From the NCBI GenBank assembly GCA_002269645.1, contig NIVC01000670.1:62001-126000 (forward strand): DNA of 64,000 nucleotides. Direction: 5' to 3'. The notes under the pieces were generated by a model. That model had not been told where the DNA came from. It made no database searches and saw nothing but the letters and a program-made list of their open reading frames with translations. The translations under genes were made by a program, and so were the position numbers. This document shows positions 46,119 to 64,000 of this stretch, piece after piece. The stretch's first letter is position 1. Each line of letters starts with the position of its first letter. This stretch comes from Macrostomum lignano (lineage: Eukaryota).

Positions 46119-46963
46119 GTTGCACTAGTTTTGACACAGATTTTTTGCAGTTAGCTCGTAAAAACGCCCTTTGTGTGAACTTCATGTGCCCCGGCTGGTG
46201 AATAGGAAAGTCGGCCAGTACGCCACGGTCAGAGTTGGGATCGCAAAGCACTACAAAAGCTACCTTTAAACAGACTTTAAGAAATTTTTATTTGATTTTT
46301 CAGCAGCCGCTGTGACTTAATGGCTTATTTATAAATTCTCATACAATACGGATTCAGAGAGCTGCTCTGCTCAATTCGCAGGCATTATGGAGCTTTCTTT
46401 AGGCTGACCGGACGCACACGTGTCACATACACAACACACACACACATTATATATATTCTCAGTTTGCCAAAATCCAAGCCACGGGCCTGCAGTGGTGGAG
46501 GCGCGAGTGTAAAAGTCTGCCGGAGCGCAGGGCTACAGGTTAAAGCATTTATTAGAATGGCTTCGCCTCTCTGCACACGCCTGTTGCTTCTCGGGGCACA
46601 GAACAGAGAATTCTGCTGCAAGCTTTGTTGGGGTGGGTGCTGCTTTTTGTGCCTACACTCTGACAGCATTGCCAGCACAATCTGCACCCAGACCTTCGCT
46701 CCGGTCTCTCCCTGCCCCCCCCCCCCTATTTTTCTGCGACGACCGGCCACCTCCAACACCATCTGATTTATAAGAAAAGGCAGGCCGGCGGCGGCAAGCC
46801 CCCCCATAACTACTCAAATCTGAGCTCTGCTCTACTCCTCCGCTTCGGCACATGCCGCATTTGCACATAATTGTTGCGTCAGAAGACTAACCCTAACAGT
46901 TTCTTTGTAACAATCGGCTCGAACTGTTGACAGACAGTTCGGCGACAGCTAATCGCAGCACGC

Positions 46964-52881
<5,918 letters not shown>

Positions 52882-53135
52882 CTGACTGACTGACTGACTG
52901 ACTGACTGACTGACTGACTGACTGACTGACTGACTGACTGACTGACTGACTGACTGACTGACTGACTGACTGACTGACTGACTGACTGACTGACTGACTG
53001 ACTGACTGACTGACTGATTGACTGACTGACTGACTGACTGACTGACTGACTGACTGACTGACTGACTGACTGACTGACTGACTGACTGACTGACTGACTG
53101 ACTGACTGACTGACTGACTGACTGACTGACTGACA
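52882..53135. repeat. (CTGA)n microsatellite immediately after the RASEF-like stop codon
   Basis: GAC TAA CTGACTGA... Confidence 0.98.
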
Positions 53136-53889
53136 GAATTGTATTTTTGCTACCTGAGTTGTACAGAACGGTCATACGTATTCAGTCAGAATATTTGTTG
53201 TAAATCGAATCGCTGCATTCGAATTGTGAAGACTTGCGCATCCCTGTAATCTCCGGTATTTGCACGCGACAATGATGCAGTATCCACCGTATTATTTTCC
53301 TAGTTATGCGCCTCTTACCTCATTATCCGTACTCAACTGACACCGTGTACTTTTACTTGCGAGTCAATCCGCTTATATTATAAGTCCCATGCCTTCGCTT
53401 GTCACCAGAACATCATACTATTGCAATCCCCCAGCAACCCTTGCTCAAGATCCGCCCCGCACCTGCTCAATTGAAATTAGTCGCTTCTAGTAGCTTTCTA
53501 AAGTCGCGTTTCTTGTAGCAACTTCATCGTCTCTTTACAGCTGTGTGCTCTGAGAAACCCAGCATTCCTACATCCTCTTCCCGGATCTCTGTTATGCCCC
53601 AGTGCTCTCGCTGCCATTATCTTCACCCGTACTTGTTGAGCTGCGTATAGTCTGAGCAACAGTGCAGAATTCAGACACTCCTCTCTACTAGTAGGGCTAT
53701 ACTCAATAGACCAGAGTACCCAGTCAGCCTCGTCGCAGCTCCGTGTTACCGTGTAGCACAGCTGTGACTGCATGCAGACAGATGCTGCTGTATATGGTAG
53801 AGTTATATATCCTTACTGGCAAGAACGTTTGCAAGTGCCTGGTGTCTGTTAGGTTGATCCCCTCATACGCCGTCCCGCTAGTCCCCAAA

Positions 53890-54135
53890 GCGCGCCAACC
53901 CCCCAAGCACGCCAACCCCCTAAGCACGCCAACCCCCCCAAGCACGCCAACCCCCCAAGCACGCCAACCCCCCCCAAGCACGCCAACCCCCAAGCACGCC
54001 AACCCCCAAGCACGCCAACCCCCCAAGCACGCCAACCCCCCAAGCACGCCAACACCCCAAGCACGCCAACCCCCCCAAGCACACCAACCCTACAAGCACG
54101 CACCAACCCCAAAAGCACGCCAACCACCCCCTCCA
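53890..54135. repeat. About 17-bp C-rich minisatellite (CCCCAAGCACGCCAAC)
   Basis: Tandem units. Confidence 0.9.
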
Positions 54136-54824
54136 AGCATAAAAAATGTATTGTCTCAATGCGATTGTTTCCTTCTAAACTTTAACCATTATTGAACAGA
54201 TGAATTCTTTGCTCATCAAAGAATTTACTCTGCTGGAAATTTAGGAGTGAAAAGTAGGCCAGACTGCAACCTGACAGTAGTAGTTTTTTTTCCAAACAGA
54301 ACTGCAGCTGCCGAGGAAACAGGAAGTGTAGCGTGCTTAGCGCTTCGATGTAGCGAGTGCTGAGCTGAATTCATTTCCGCCTCAAAAAAATCGATTCAAT
54401 AGACTGTTGCCTTGGCGCATGCGGCCTCACATAGACTGATTATGCAGCTTTCTGTTCTGCAGCCTGACAATACCCTGTCACAACTGACTTTGCATTATTA
54501 TTCAAACTAATTTTTATATACAAGGTGTTGGGCATGGTGTCTGAGTTCCCCTAGCATAGGACGGCTTTCTGTGTTCGTCAGATATTGTTTGCATTTTGTC
54601 CCTTAACTGTTGAGAATAGAGAAAACCTTATACGGAGTAGTAATAGATTCTTCCCCATTTTCATTTGTCAACAACGCAAGTAAGACTGGTATAATGCATA
54701 GTAAACAATGATTTTTCCGGTTCTGCGAATAACAGATTATTCTTTAAATGGTCTCAGATTTGGAACTGTGCTTCCTGACTCGCTGTGTTCTCAGATTATT
54801 TATTTGAGATAATGAACTTCTCAG

Positions 54825-55235
54825 CCCTCCGAGTCTCCCCCTCCCAAGTCTCCCCCTTCCGAGTCTCCCCCTCCCGAGTCTCCCCCTCCCGAGTCTCCCC
54901 CTCCGAGTCTGCCCCTCCAAGTCTCCCCCTCCGAGTTTCCCCCCCCCCCGAGTCTCCCCCTCCGAGTCTGCCCCTCCGAGTCTCCCCCTCCAAGTCTGCC
55001 CCCTCTGAGTCTCCCCCTCCGAGTCTCCTCCTCCAAGTCTGCCCCCTCCGAGTCTCCCCTTCCGAGTCTCCCCCTTCGAGTCTCCCCCTTCGAGTCTCCC
55101 CCTTCGAGTCTCCCCCTCCGAGTCTCCCCCTCCGAGTCTCCCCGTCCAAGTCTGGCCCCTCCGAGTCTGCCCCTACGAGTCTCCCCCTCCGAGTCTCCCC
55201 CTCCGAGTTTCCCCTCCGAGTCTCCCCCTCCAAGT
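54825..55235. repeat. About 15-bp C-rich minisatellite (CCCCTCCGAGTCTCC)
   Basis: Tandem units. Confidence 0.9.
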
Positions 55236-55699
55236 CTCCCCCGGAGCCTGCAACTTCGAGCCTTCGGCCTCAGAAGGTTCGCTCTGTTTACAGTGCTGAC
55301 TCAGTGCAGTTCACAGAACATTTTTTATTCAAACCAACCGTCTGTCTGACTCCAACTCTCTCTGCTTCGTCCGTTTCGATCCAAGAGTACACGTCCACTG
55401 TTTCGCCCTGTCTTCCTTCCCTTCTGGCCTCCCTCCCGCTGTCCGGGGGGATCAGTCTCCCAGACTCCACTTTTTCCCAAAAAAACTGAGGAACCGCTCG
55501 TGACTGCGCAAACATTTGCTTTGCTCAGAGGAAAAAAAGAGAAAAGAAGAAAAAATCGAGAGGGGGGAACGGCTTTCGGCGCTTGCCGTCGGGCTGCTTG
55601 GGATGCACCGCGAACCAATGACTGATCACTGAGACAAAAGAGTACCACTCTAGAGCTCTTGACTGCGGCTGAAACTGAAGGAAGCCGGCTGATCGGGAG

Positions 55700-55702
55700 A
55701 GA

Positions 55703-55740
<38 letters not shown>
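55700..55740. repeat. (GA)n microsatellite
   Basis: Seen directly. Confidence 0.9.
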
Positions 55741-55742
<2 letters not shown>

Positions 55743-56272
55743 CAGAAGAGGCGCTCAGAGAATGCCGGAAGTGCTCCATATTTCCTTGAAACCCGGCAGT
55801 TCTCACCGACTATAGACCCAAGCAGATCGGCTGTGGGCAGCGGCTCCGCAGTTCAGAGTCCGCAATTGTGATAAATGAACTCCGAGCGACTCCACTTTCT
55901 GGCGATTCGGAATATAAAAAAGACCAGAAGGAACGACCGGCTTTCTGTCCATTTCCATTTTCCCTTTCCAGCCTGACTCAGGCGCCAAGGCAGGGAGAAG
56001 AGGCTGCCGGAGTCTGGGGAGATTCCTCAGGCCTTCACAGGATTTGCTAGCCAGATTTTGGGACAGAAGTTGTGTTTCCCCACCCAAATTCTTCCCACTT
56101 TCTCTCACTCGCTGGCCTGGCGACACCTTTAAATTGCCTGGCAACTCCCCGCCCCCACATGCCGGCAGTTGGCAGGCAAGTTCATCTCAACTCCGCTGGC
56201 TTCGGCAGATCTCGGCAGTCGCAGCAGCAAAAGCAGACAAAGGCAGACAAAAGCAGAGAAGGAGGAGGCGCA

Positions 56273-59098
56273 ATGTCGCTAGCCGACTACATCGGACACC
56301 GGCGCGACGCCCAGAAAAAGGTATGCCAGGATGCGCATTCGTACCTGCTTGCTTGGAGGGATCCTATAAAAGCATCTAGATCGATCAAATTTGTCCTGTT
56401 TCTAAGAAAATATACAAAATATGTTTTTTTAAACTATGAAACTATAAGAATATTCTTTCTAAATACAAACTAGAGTCTCAATGCTTACAAATTCGGGTTA
56501 CCTTATTTTGTCGTAAAGTACAGCAAGCTATAAAGACAGACAACTGTCAAGAGGTGACAGCTAAGCCCCCCTAGGCCGTTCTGCTGTTATCTGATTAAAT
56601 TTATTGAGTCCTCGCATACGTAGGCGTGCTGAAACAGAGACAAGGCGAGCACTTGGATTTGATTAAATCTGATTTTCGCGAGTGTACATTAGTCAATGCG
56701 TGTGACAATCGTGTGGATTGCAATTTTATGTCGATGCAATGTTTTTGCAATTTTCCTGCTTTAAAATCGATCGAATCGATTAGAATCTTTCGTTCCTTTT
56801 CCGCTGAAGTCCTGAAGAAGGCGAGGGCATATTTTTTTCCACCTTTTTAGGATAAATTATATAAACACTCGCCATCCTGTCACCCCCTGTGATAACATGT
56901 TTTTAAGCTTCATCTGCAGACGGATTTAATGGCTTTTGCATTAATGCTAAAATCATTAGACGTTTTTTATCACTTGTGCCTCCGTTTCATGGGTACAAGT
57001 ATTATACAAGAGGGGCTGCATATTAAGGTTTTTAACAGGCATTTGGTTTCTGCTTTTTTCATTTTAGGCGTTGCTAAAATATCTGAAAAAGCACTGCCTA
57101 AAGCCTCCGCTTAAGCTGGTTTTGTGCAACACTTTTTTTCAACGCCTATGGTCTACCCCAGCCCCATCCCACTCTGGCTAAAGCATAGTGTACGTCGTAA
57201 AGTTCTTCAACTCCAACCTTTTTAGCCCCAACCCACTCTGGCTAAAGCGTAGTGTATACAGTTCTTCAATCCCTACCCCTCTAGCCCCACCCAACTCTGG
57301 CTAAAGCATAGTGTACAGTTCTTCAATCCGTACCCCTCTAGCCCCACCCAACTCTGGCTAAAGCATAGTGTACAGTTCTTCAATCCCTACCCCTCTAGCC
57401 CCACCCCACTCTGGCTAAAACATAGTGTACAGTTCTTCAATTCTTACCCCTAGCCGCACCCCACTCTGGCTAAATTATTATGTACAGTTCTTCAATTCCT
57501 ACTCCTCTAGCTCCACCCCACTCTGGCTAAAGCATAGTGTACAGTTCTTCATCTCCTAACCCCTCTAGTCAGGGTGTGGTGGGGATTGAAGATTTTAAAT
57601 TGAGCAACTGTATACTCATGCTGTGGCCATAATGGGACATGAGGGGTGAATTATGAGTGTGCATTTCCTCGACACTACTTTCTTGACATCGGGCATGTAA
57701 CTGGGCCCTTTCATCCAACACAATGCATTCACGCAGGCCGAGGAAGACTTCAAGCGGACCAATCCAACTGTGAAGAAGATGCGCCTTCGCGGCAACTGGG
57801 TGGTGCCAGAAGGCTACGCCGCCAACCAGACACCAACAACGCAGCCGCGACTCCAGCGACAGCAGACGACTGTGTCGACAAGGACGGCGGCAATAGCTGA
57901 GACAGTTCAATCGGAGTCAAGACAGCTACAGCAACAGAAGTCGACCGCGGAGCAGAAGGGGCAGACAAATTCACCAGCTAAAAGTAACAGTAAAACCATT
58001 CAAGTTCAGGAGGAGCAGAAGCTGAATCTGTCAAACAATCGAAATGCCGATACGAAAGCAACAGCAGCGACTGTAGTGGCTACCAGCAAAACGAATGAGC
58101 AGGTAGCAAGCACAACGGTGTCACAAAAGCAGTCCGAGCAGATGAAGGCCGCTGCTAAAGCTGTATCGGTCGAAGAAAAAGTCAACAAAAGCAGCAGTAG
58201 CGACTCGAGAAGAACGGATAGAAAAGCTACCGAGGAAAGGCAGGAGTCGAGCAAGGCGTCTAAGACTAGCGCTGCCGTTGTTGCTGCAGTCGCCACCAAG
58301 TCTGAGATCAGAGAAGCTGAGAATGGCAATTCTAATAAGGCGACAACCTCTGCTCAAAAGAGTAATTCAGTTGAAAAGCTATCTTCAGCTGAAAAATTCG
58401 TCAGCTCGGTCAAGAAGAGCGAAGTGCAGAAGAACACGGACTCAAGCAGCAGTACTAAGGATACTAAAATTGAAAATCACAAGACTGCAATTGCAGTTGC
58501 TGCTGAAAGAGCATCTAACAATGAGAGCAGAAAAGTATCTAGCAAGCAATTCCAAAATAAGAGTCACACGAGCGACTCCAAAACCGTAGGGAAGGTTGAG
58601 AAACAGTCCACGGAGAGGGCTGAAGACGTCAAGAAAACAAAGAGTAGTAAACGCGAGTCAACCAATCACCTGGACAGCACAGTCACAGCAGCTGTCAGCA
58701 GTCACAGCAGCAAAGATTCAGTTGACAATTCTGTCAGCAACAAGGCGAGCACCCAGGAGAAAGCAACGACAAGCAAACAGTCATCGAAGGTGGACGAGCT
58801 CAGCGTAAGTCACGAGGCAGTGGCCACGGCGACAAAGCAATCTAAATCTGTCCAGGAGAGTGAGACCAAGCATCTCGGACCCCTGATTGAGATGTTGGAT
58901 TCCAATGTGGAGAAGCAGTTGAGCAGCCTGCTCGACGGCTCCAGCGAAGGCGACTCGGATCCCAAATACGAGGCCACGATGAAGAAGATTCTGGACCAGG
59001 GATTTCAAAACGAAGTGGATGCTTTCTTAACCAGCACTGGCTACGAGTCGGGTGGGAAGTTTTTTGAATCGTGCAAAGAACTTGCCAAGGAACTTTGA
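56273..59098 (+). CDS. Uncharacterised protein, about 469 aa, low-complexity S/K/T/E/Q-rich core, 2 exons
   Basis: Exon 56273-56320 (MSLADYIGHRRDAQKK, AAG|GTATGC) joins exon 57737-59098 (ACGCAG|GCC, 1362 nt open) in phase 0. The ORF is not tandem-repeat derived. Further upstream exons are possible. Confidence 0.7.
57155..57570. repeat. About 58-bp tandem repeat (about 7 copies) in the intron of the uncharacterised gene
   Basis: Recurring CCACTCTGGCTAAAGCATAGTGTACAGTTCTTCAAT units. Confidence 0.85.
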
Positions 59099-59454
59099 GC
59101 TCGCGTCACGCGCCTGCCGGTGAAAAACAACAACATTAAGCCTACGGGGTTATTCCGTGTGGTCCTTTTTTACATTATTATATATATATTTCTATATACA
59201 TTACCAAAAATAATTACCTAAGCCTCGCAGCTTTGCTTTCAAACCTTAAATTGTCTCTGAATTTTCTGATCCTATGTATAATTTTGCCTGCTTTGTAACA
59301 ATATTGACAATATTTTTCTTAAATAATCTTCCTCAAACAGTTCGGAGTCTCTTTCAGTTCGTCTGAATATACGAGTAAAATATCCTCGTACACCTCTGGC
59401 TGTGGGACTGTCTCAAAAAAGCTAGCCTTCACAATTTTTAATTTTTGAGGCTGT

Positions 59455-62400
59455 GTGCTTGACTTACTTGACTTACAGCAGGGCTGTCCCGGGGGGGGGG
59501 AAGGCGCGAACGCCCATCCCGCTAATCCCTGAACGGCCGACGCGTCGCAAAGGACGAAGGGTTGGCGCCGCCCAGGGAGGTCCCCCAGAGTCGCCAGCAG
59601 CTATAGTGCTCTCTGGAAAGGAGAGTTCAGCCCTGCGGGTGGCCCGGAGGTAGCGCATGAGCTGATTAAAGTTTTCGGGTTTGCACGCTTCAGTAATAGA
59701 TGTGTGTGGCCCGAGGTAAGTGAGTCTGGCTCGCGTAAAGGCGGGACAGATGCTGACGAAATGCTCAGCGGTTTCGTCACCTGAGTTACAGAAACTGCAG
59801 ATGGCGTTGGTCGCGTTGCCCTGCAGGTACTGGTGCCTAGAGAAGCAGTCGTGACCTGAGAGGGTCATGGTGGCAGCCCGGATGTCTCTGCGCGAGAGGC
59901 GCAAGAGGAGCTTTCGGAGCTGGTGAGAGGGCTGAGGGACAGCGCCTCTAGATTGTCTGCAGGTAGTGCAGTTCGCTTTAGTCGAGCGGTGCTGGGTCCT
60001 AATCCACGCTTTGATGCGCGAGTCGATGACAGGAATCGGGACAAAGGGTTTGGGACCGAGAGAGGAGCCGGAGGCACCAACTTTTGCAAGGGCGTCAGCC
60101 AATTAATTTCCTCGGATCCCCATATGCCCCAGAACCCACTTAAGGGTGATTTTGTTGGTGGAGCCCAACATGTTGAGGAGTTTGATACAGTCGAGGACTG
60201 TAGCAGAATTGGTACTACAGCCACTGATGGCGTGCAAGGCAGCTTGGCTGTCCGAATGGAAAATGATATTCTTGCCGGTTACGCCAGTGGCGAGAAGCTG
60301 ATGGCGAGAACTTCATTTTGGAAGACACTGGAGTTGACCCTAGTGTACTGAGCGTGGGTTGCGATGACCCTCCCGTTCAGGAAGATTCCAACACCAAAAC
60401 CGGTGTTGGCTGACTGCTTAGAACCGTCGGTGTAGCAATGAAGCTCACCAGGGTTCCAGTGGTCATTGATGGTATCGCGCGAGTCGATAGCTACGGAGTA
60501 GCGTTGTCTCAGGTTGAGCGTTGAGGCAATGCCATCGGTGAAGACGCGATTGGCCTGACATTCGTTGAGAATGTTGAGGCACAGGTCGCTATGCGGGACA
60601 AGGTTCCGCTTAGCAGGTGCCCTCATGTAAAGGAATTTGACACCGGCGTCAAGTAAACGCCGCGTCGTTCTAGCCGCCTCACCCCTGACGAAGAGGTCGA
60701 GAGGCGGTAGATTAAGGAAGGCCCCCATGCCGGCAAAGGGTGTGGACCTGGTGGCGTTGCAGATAAGCCTACACGCTCTGCCCTGGATCGTGTTGAGCAA
60801 ATCTGCATAGCTTTTGACCTGGGTAGCGCTAACCCAGACAACCGAGGCGTACGTAATGGCAGGTCTAACTACGGAAGTGTAGATCCACCAAAGCCGCTTT
60901 GGGGATAGACCCCAAGAAGTGCCAAGTGCTCGTCGGAGCTGGGCCAGGATGGCTGAGGCACGCTTGGCTTTTGCTTTCACGTGAAAGGACCAGTTGAGCC
61001 GGTGGTCAAGTATGACCCTGAGACATCTGGTCTGGTGCGCGAAAGCAATATCTCTGCCGTAAAACTGCAGAGGTCGTATGTTCCAGCGTATTCTGCTGGT
61101 GAACATAATGGCAACAGTTTTGGGCTCAGGGAGTTCCAGACGGTTGTCATTGGCCTAGGATTCTGCTTTGCGGATAAAGCTCTGCATCAGATCCCTGAGC
61201 GTGCTGGGGGATGGCCCTGCCACAATGGCCGTGACGTGTCGTCAGCATACCCGACTTTGAAGACGGGATCAGGTCGGGAGTCGCCCAGAAGAGCGTCCAT
61301 GACCAGGTTCCAGAGCGTCGGGGTGAGGACTCCCCCTTGGGGTCCACCCTTACAGACTCTGGCGGAGGCAGTTTGCCCAAGAAGTTGGGCAGTGACCGTA
61401 CGGTTAGAGATCATGTACATGATCCACCGTATGAGGGTAGCGTGAGCTTTGCGGTTTTGAAGGGCCCTCTGAAACGCTTCAAAGATAACGTTGTCGAAGG
61501 CGCCAACAATGTCGAGAAAAAGAGCCAGGGCGTAACCGTCACCCAGTACCGCCCGTTCAATCTTCTCGACTATCGCATGCAGGGCGCTGTCAGTCGACCT
61601 CCCGGTACAGAAGGCGTGCTGATTATTGCTGAGGGGCATTGCTGTCAGCTCGCAAGAAAGCAGCCGCCAGAGAATAAGCCTCTCAGTGAGCTTAAGCATT
61701 GCTGACGTTAAGCTAATTGGCCTAAAGGCCTTGACGCTCTGGTAGTCACCCTTCCCAGGTTTGGGAATGAAGACTACTCGAGCTTCGGTCCAGCACTTGG
61801 GAACGTATCCCAGCTGGATAGAGGCCCGCATGAGATTGCGGGTAAGTCTCAAGAACGAGGGTATCTTGGCTGCTTCACGAAGAAGAACAGGGTAGATACC
61901 ATCAGGTCCAGGAGATTTGAAGGGCTTGAAGGTTCTGACCGCATGAGCGATTAAATCTTCAGTGATAATGCCCGCCGCTAGGATGGCTCCATCCATCGAA
62001 TGGTAGGGTTCCGATCTAGCAGTGGGTACCCTCGGGAAGAATGTGTTGAGCATATGCTGAAGCACTTCTTCAGGGTCTTTAGTAAGAGAGCCATCATCTT
62101 TTCTGATCATGGCTAATTTGGACATTTTGTCCATTGTAAGGGCCTTGACAAGCCTAGAAGTAGGTCTGTCTTGATCCAACTCATTGCAGAATTGGCGCCA
62201 TTTACATTCCTTGGCCTTGCGCACTTCAGATTTGAAGTTGCGGGAGGCTTGTCGGAAAAGCTCCATGTCCTCCGGGTTTCCGGTCTTCATGGCACGGCGC
62301 TGAAGGCTTTTGGCCTTCCGCCTGAGTTTCCCCAGCTCCGGGTTCCACTACGGCGCCGAGGTCTTGCCTTTGTAGGCACGGACAGGGCGGGCCGCTTCAT

Positions 62401-62907
62401 AGGCTGCAATAATGCAACCTGTCAGCGTCTCAGCCGCATGGTCCACATCCTCGCAGGTCTCAATCGAACGTAAGTCCAAGAGTTCCTGCAGGTGCAGATC
62501 AAGGGTAGCCTTATAGGCTGCCCAATCAGTGTTGCGGATGTTACGCCTCCAAGTGATCGAGGACTGGTGTTTAGTGTCCGCGATGTTAAAGGCGATAAAG
62601 CAGTGGTCAGACAGGGAGGGCACCTCAGACCAGACTCTCCACTCCTCAACTCTGTCAGAGTCTTGGGGTAACGAGTGTGGTATCGAGGACCTCAGTTCAT
62701 CTGCCATTGTTAAAGGTAGGAGTGCTACCGCGGTTGCAGAGCATAAGATTTGTATTAGAGATAAGGGCCAGAAGCTCCTCCCCTCTAGTATTGGTGTCTT
62801 TGCTGCCCCAGTGCTTATGGTGTGCGTTGAGGTCGCCCCCTAAGCACAGCTCAGCGTTCTGGGACTCGCAGTACTGCGCAAGGTGCAGTAGACTCTCAGG
62901 TGCAGCG
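59455..62907 (-). mobile_element. 5'-truncated, frameshifted LOA/R1-group non-LTR retrotransposon (APE-RT-RNase H-zinc knuckle)
   Basis: APE: GGDLNAHHKHWGS..TNTRG and SDHCFI. RT: VFIPKPGK..FRPISLTS, FLDIVGAFDNV, GPQGGVLTPTLWN and YADD. RNase H: YTDGSK, EVLAI, HSDSQAAL and WVLGH..GN*LADALAK. C-terminal CSFC..ETAEHF..C. The 3' tail is (TAAGTCAAG)2. Several frameshifts and a stop are present. Confidence 0.92.
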
Positions 62908-63398
62908 AGTGTACAGCGGCCCTAACTTTATTTATCATTATAGGCATGTACACTTCACTGTGCCTTGGCGGTTGGCCCTCAAGGGCGTTAAGACCACTGG
63001 GCTACGTGCCTGAGCCTTCACAACATCCTGACTAGCTGACAAAAGAAAACCGAAAAACCAGCAAATGCGTACACAGAACACTATGCGTTTCTATACTTGT
63101 GGTAGATTGTTTCGGATATAGCTGAGACATTTAATGGTATACTGTACATGTATATGTGTATACTCGACGTGTATACGAGATTATTAATTGTCATTGTCAC
63201 TATGATAAAATCAATCGATCCCAATTCAGTACTAATTAATAACAGTACAATTACACAAATTCATAAACAAATTCATAAATTAAGAAACAGCCTAGGTATG
63301 TAATTAGTTTATAAGCATGTATAATATGTGCGTATATATACTTATGGACAGGTCAGTTTTTGTAGTCCGTTATGATGTGAATGATGTATGTATATGAA

Positions 63399-63587
63399 CA
63401 GTAGCGCAACCAGAAATTTTTCAAGGGGGGGGGGGCGGATTCTGAGGGTAAAGTCCCGGGAGGGGGGCGGCGGAGGGGTGGCTCTGTTTTTGGCGAAAAT
63501 TCGCTTGGTCCCCCTTTGATTTTTTTCGGTCCCCCGCCTAAGGGGGGGGGCGACCGCCCCCCCCTGCCCCCCCTGGTTGCGCCACTG
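63399..63587. mobile_element. hAT-superfamily MITE, 189 bp
   Basis: TIRs CAGTAGCGCAACCAG / CTGGTTGCGCCACTG (14 of 15 match) and a perfect 8-bp TSD TATATGAA at 63391-63398 and 63588-63595. Confidence 0.9.
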
Positions 63588-64000
63588 TATATGAATGAAT
63601 TCATATATATATAATATATATGAATATATACTGTATGTATATATGTAAAAATATATCCAACAGGTACATGTAGTACTTATGAATCTTATTGACACGTACA
63701 CTCTTGAATCTTGTGACACTTTTGAATCATGATACTGGGCTGCTTAGCTAAGTGTCTAATGTTGACTGGGACGCAAGCGGTAGGCTTGGCAAACATCGGT
63801 CAGAAAATTAGTCGGCTAAAAAATTGGGTACACTCTCCAGCTATAGGTGGATACATGTATAGATAGACACATGCAATTCATGTAAAGACTGTACATGTAG
63901 ATGCGTCCTTAAGCAGCTTAAACATCAGGGAAAAGTACGTACATGTATAAGTAACTGCTCATCAGTACTGTGGCACCACCTGGAACACTTCCACGTTCAA

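Overview
Repeat-rich metazoan genomic DNA. GC-rich spliced exons with GT-AG introns are separated by minisatellite arrays that occupy roughly a quarter of the window. The style suggests a free-living flatworm such as Macrostomum, but that is inference only. Six protein-coding genes can be built by hand from splice sites and reading frame: (1) a 3-exon four-TM MARVEL-like protein (+, 5354-7005); (2) a 7-exon CELF3-6/Bruno-type three-RRM RNA-binding protein (-, 38512-16591); (3) a probable TBATA/SPATIAL-like gene (-, 45432-41364); (4) a secreted Gly/Tyr/Ser-rich single-exon gene nested in that gene's intron (-, 42999-42592); (5) a 2-exon EF-hand/coiled-coil/Rab large GTPase of the RASEF/CRACR2A class (+, 46964-52881); (6) a 2-exon uncharacterised S/K/T/E-rich protein (+, 56273-59098). 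Mobile DNA comprises a decayed Penelope-like element with inverted pLTRs and hammerhead remnants inside a CpG-depleted block, an RTE-like LINE 3' fragment, a LOA/R1-group LINE with RNase H, tRNA-derived SINEs and a hAT MITE with an 8-bp TSD. A 64-nt 28S rRNA fragment centred on the R2/I-PpoI site is also present. The most notable signals are candidate frame-preserving alternative exons in the CELF RRM1-RRM2 linker, intronic arrays that spell splice-site or CELF-binding motifs on the sense strand, and the nested GY-rich gene. No CRISPR array or intact rRNA/tRNA gene was found. All coordinates were counted by eye; repeat boundaries are approximate.
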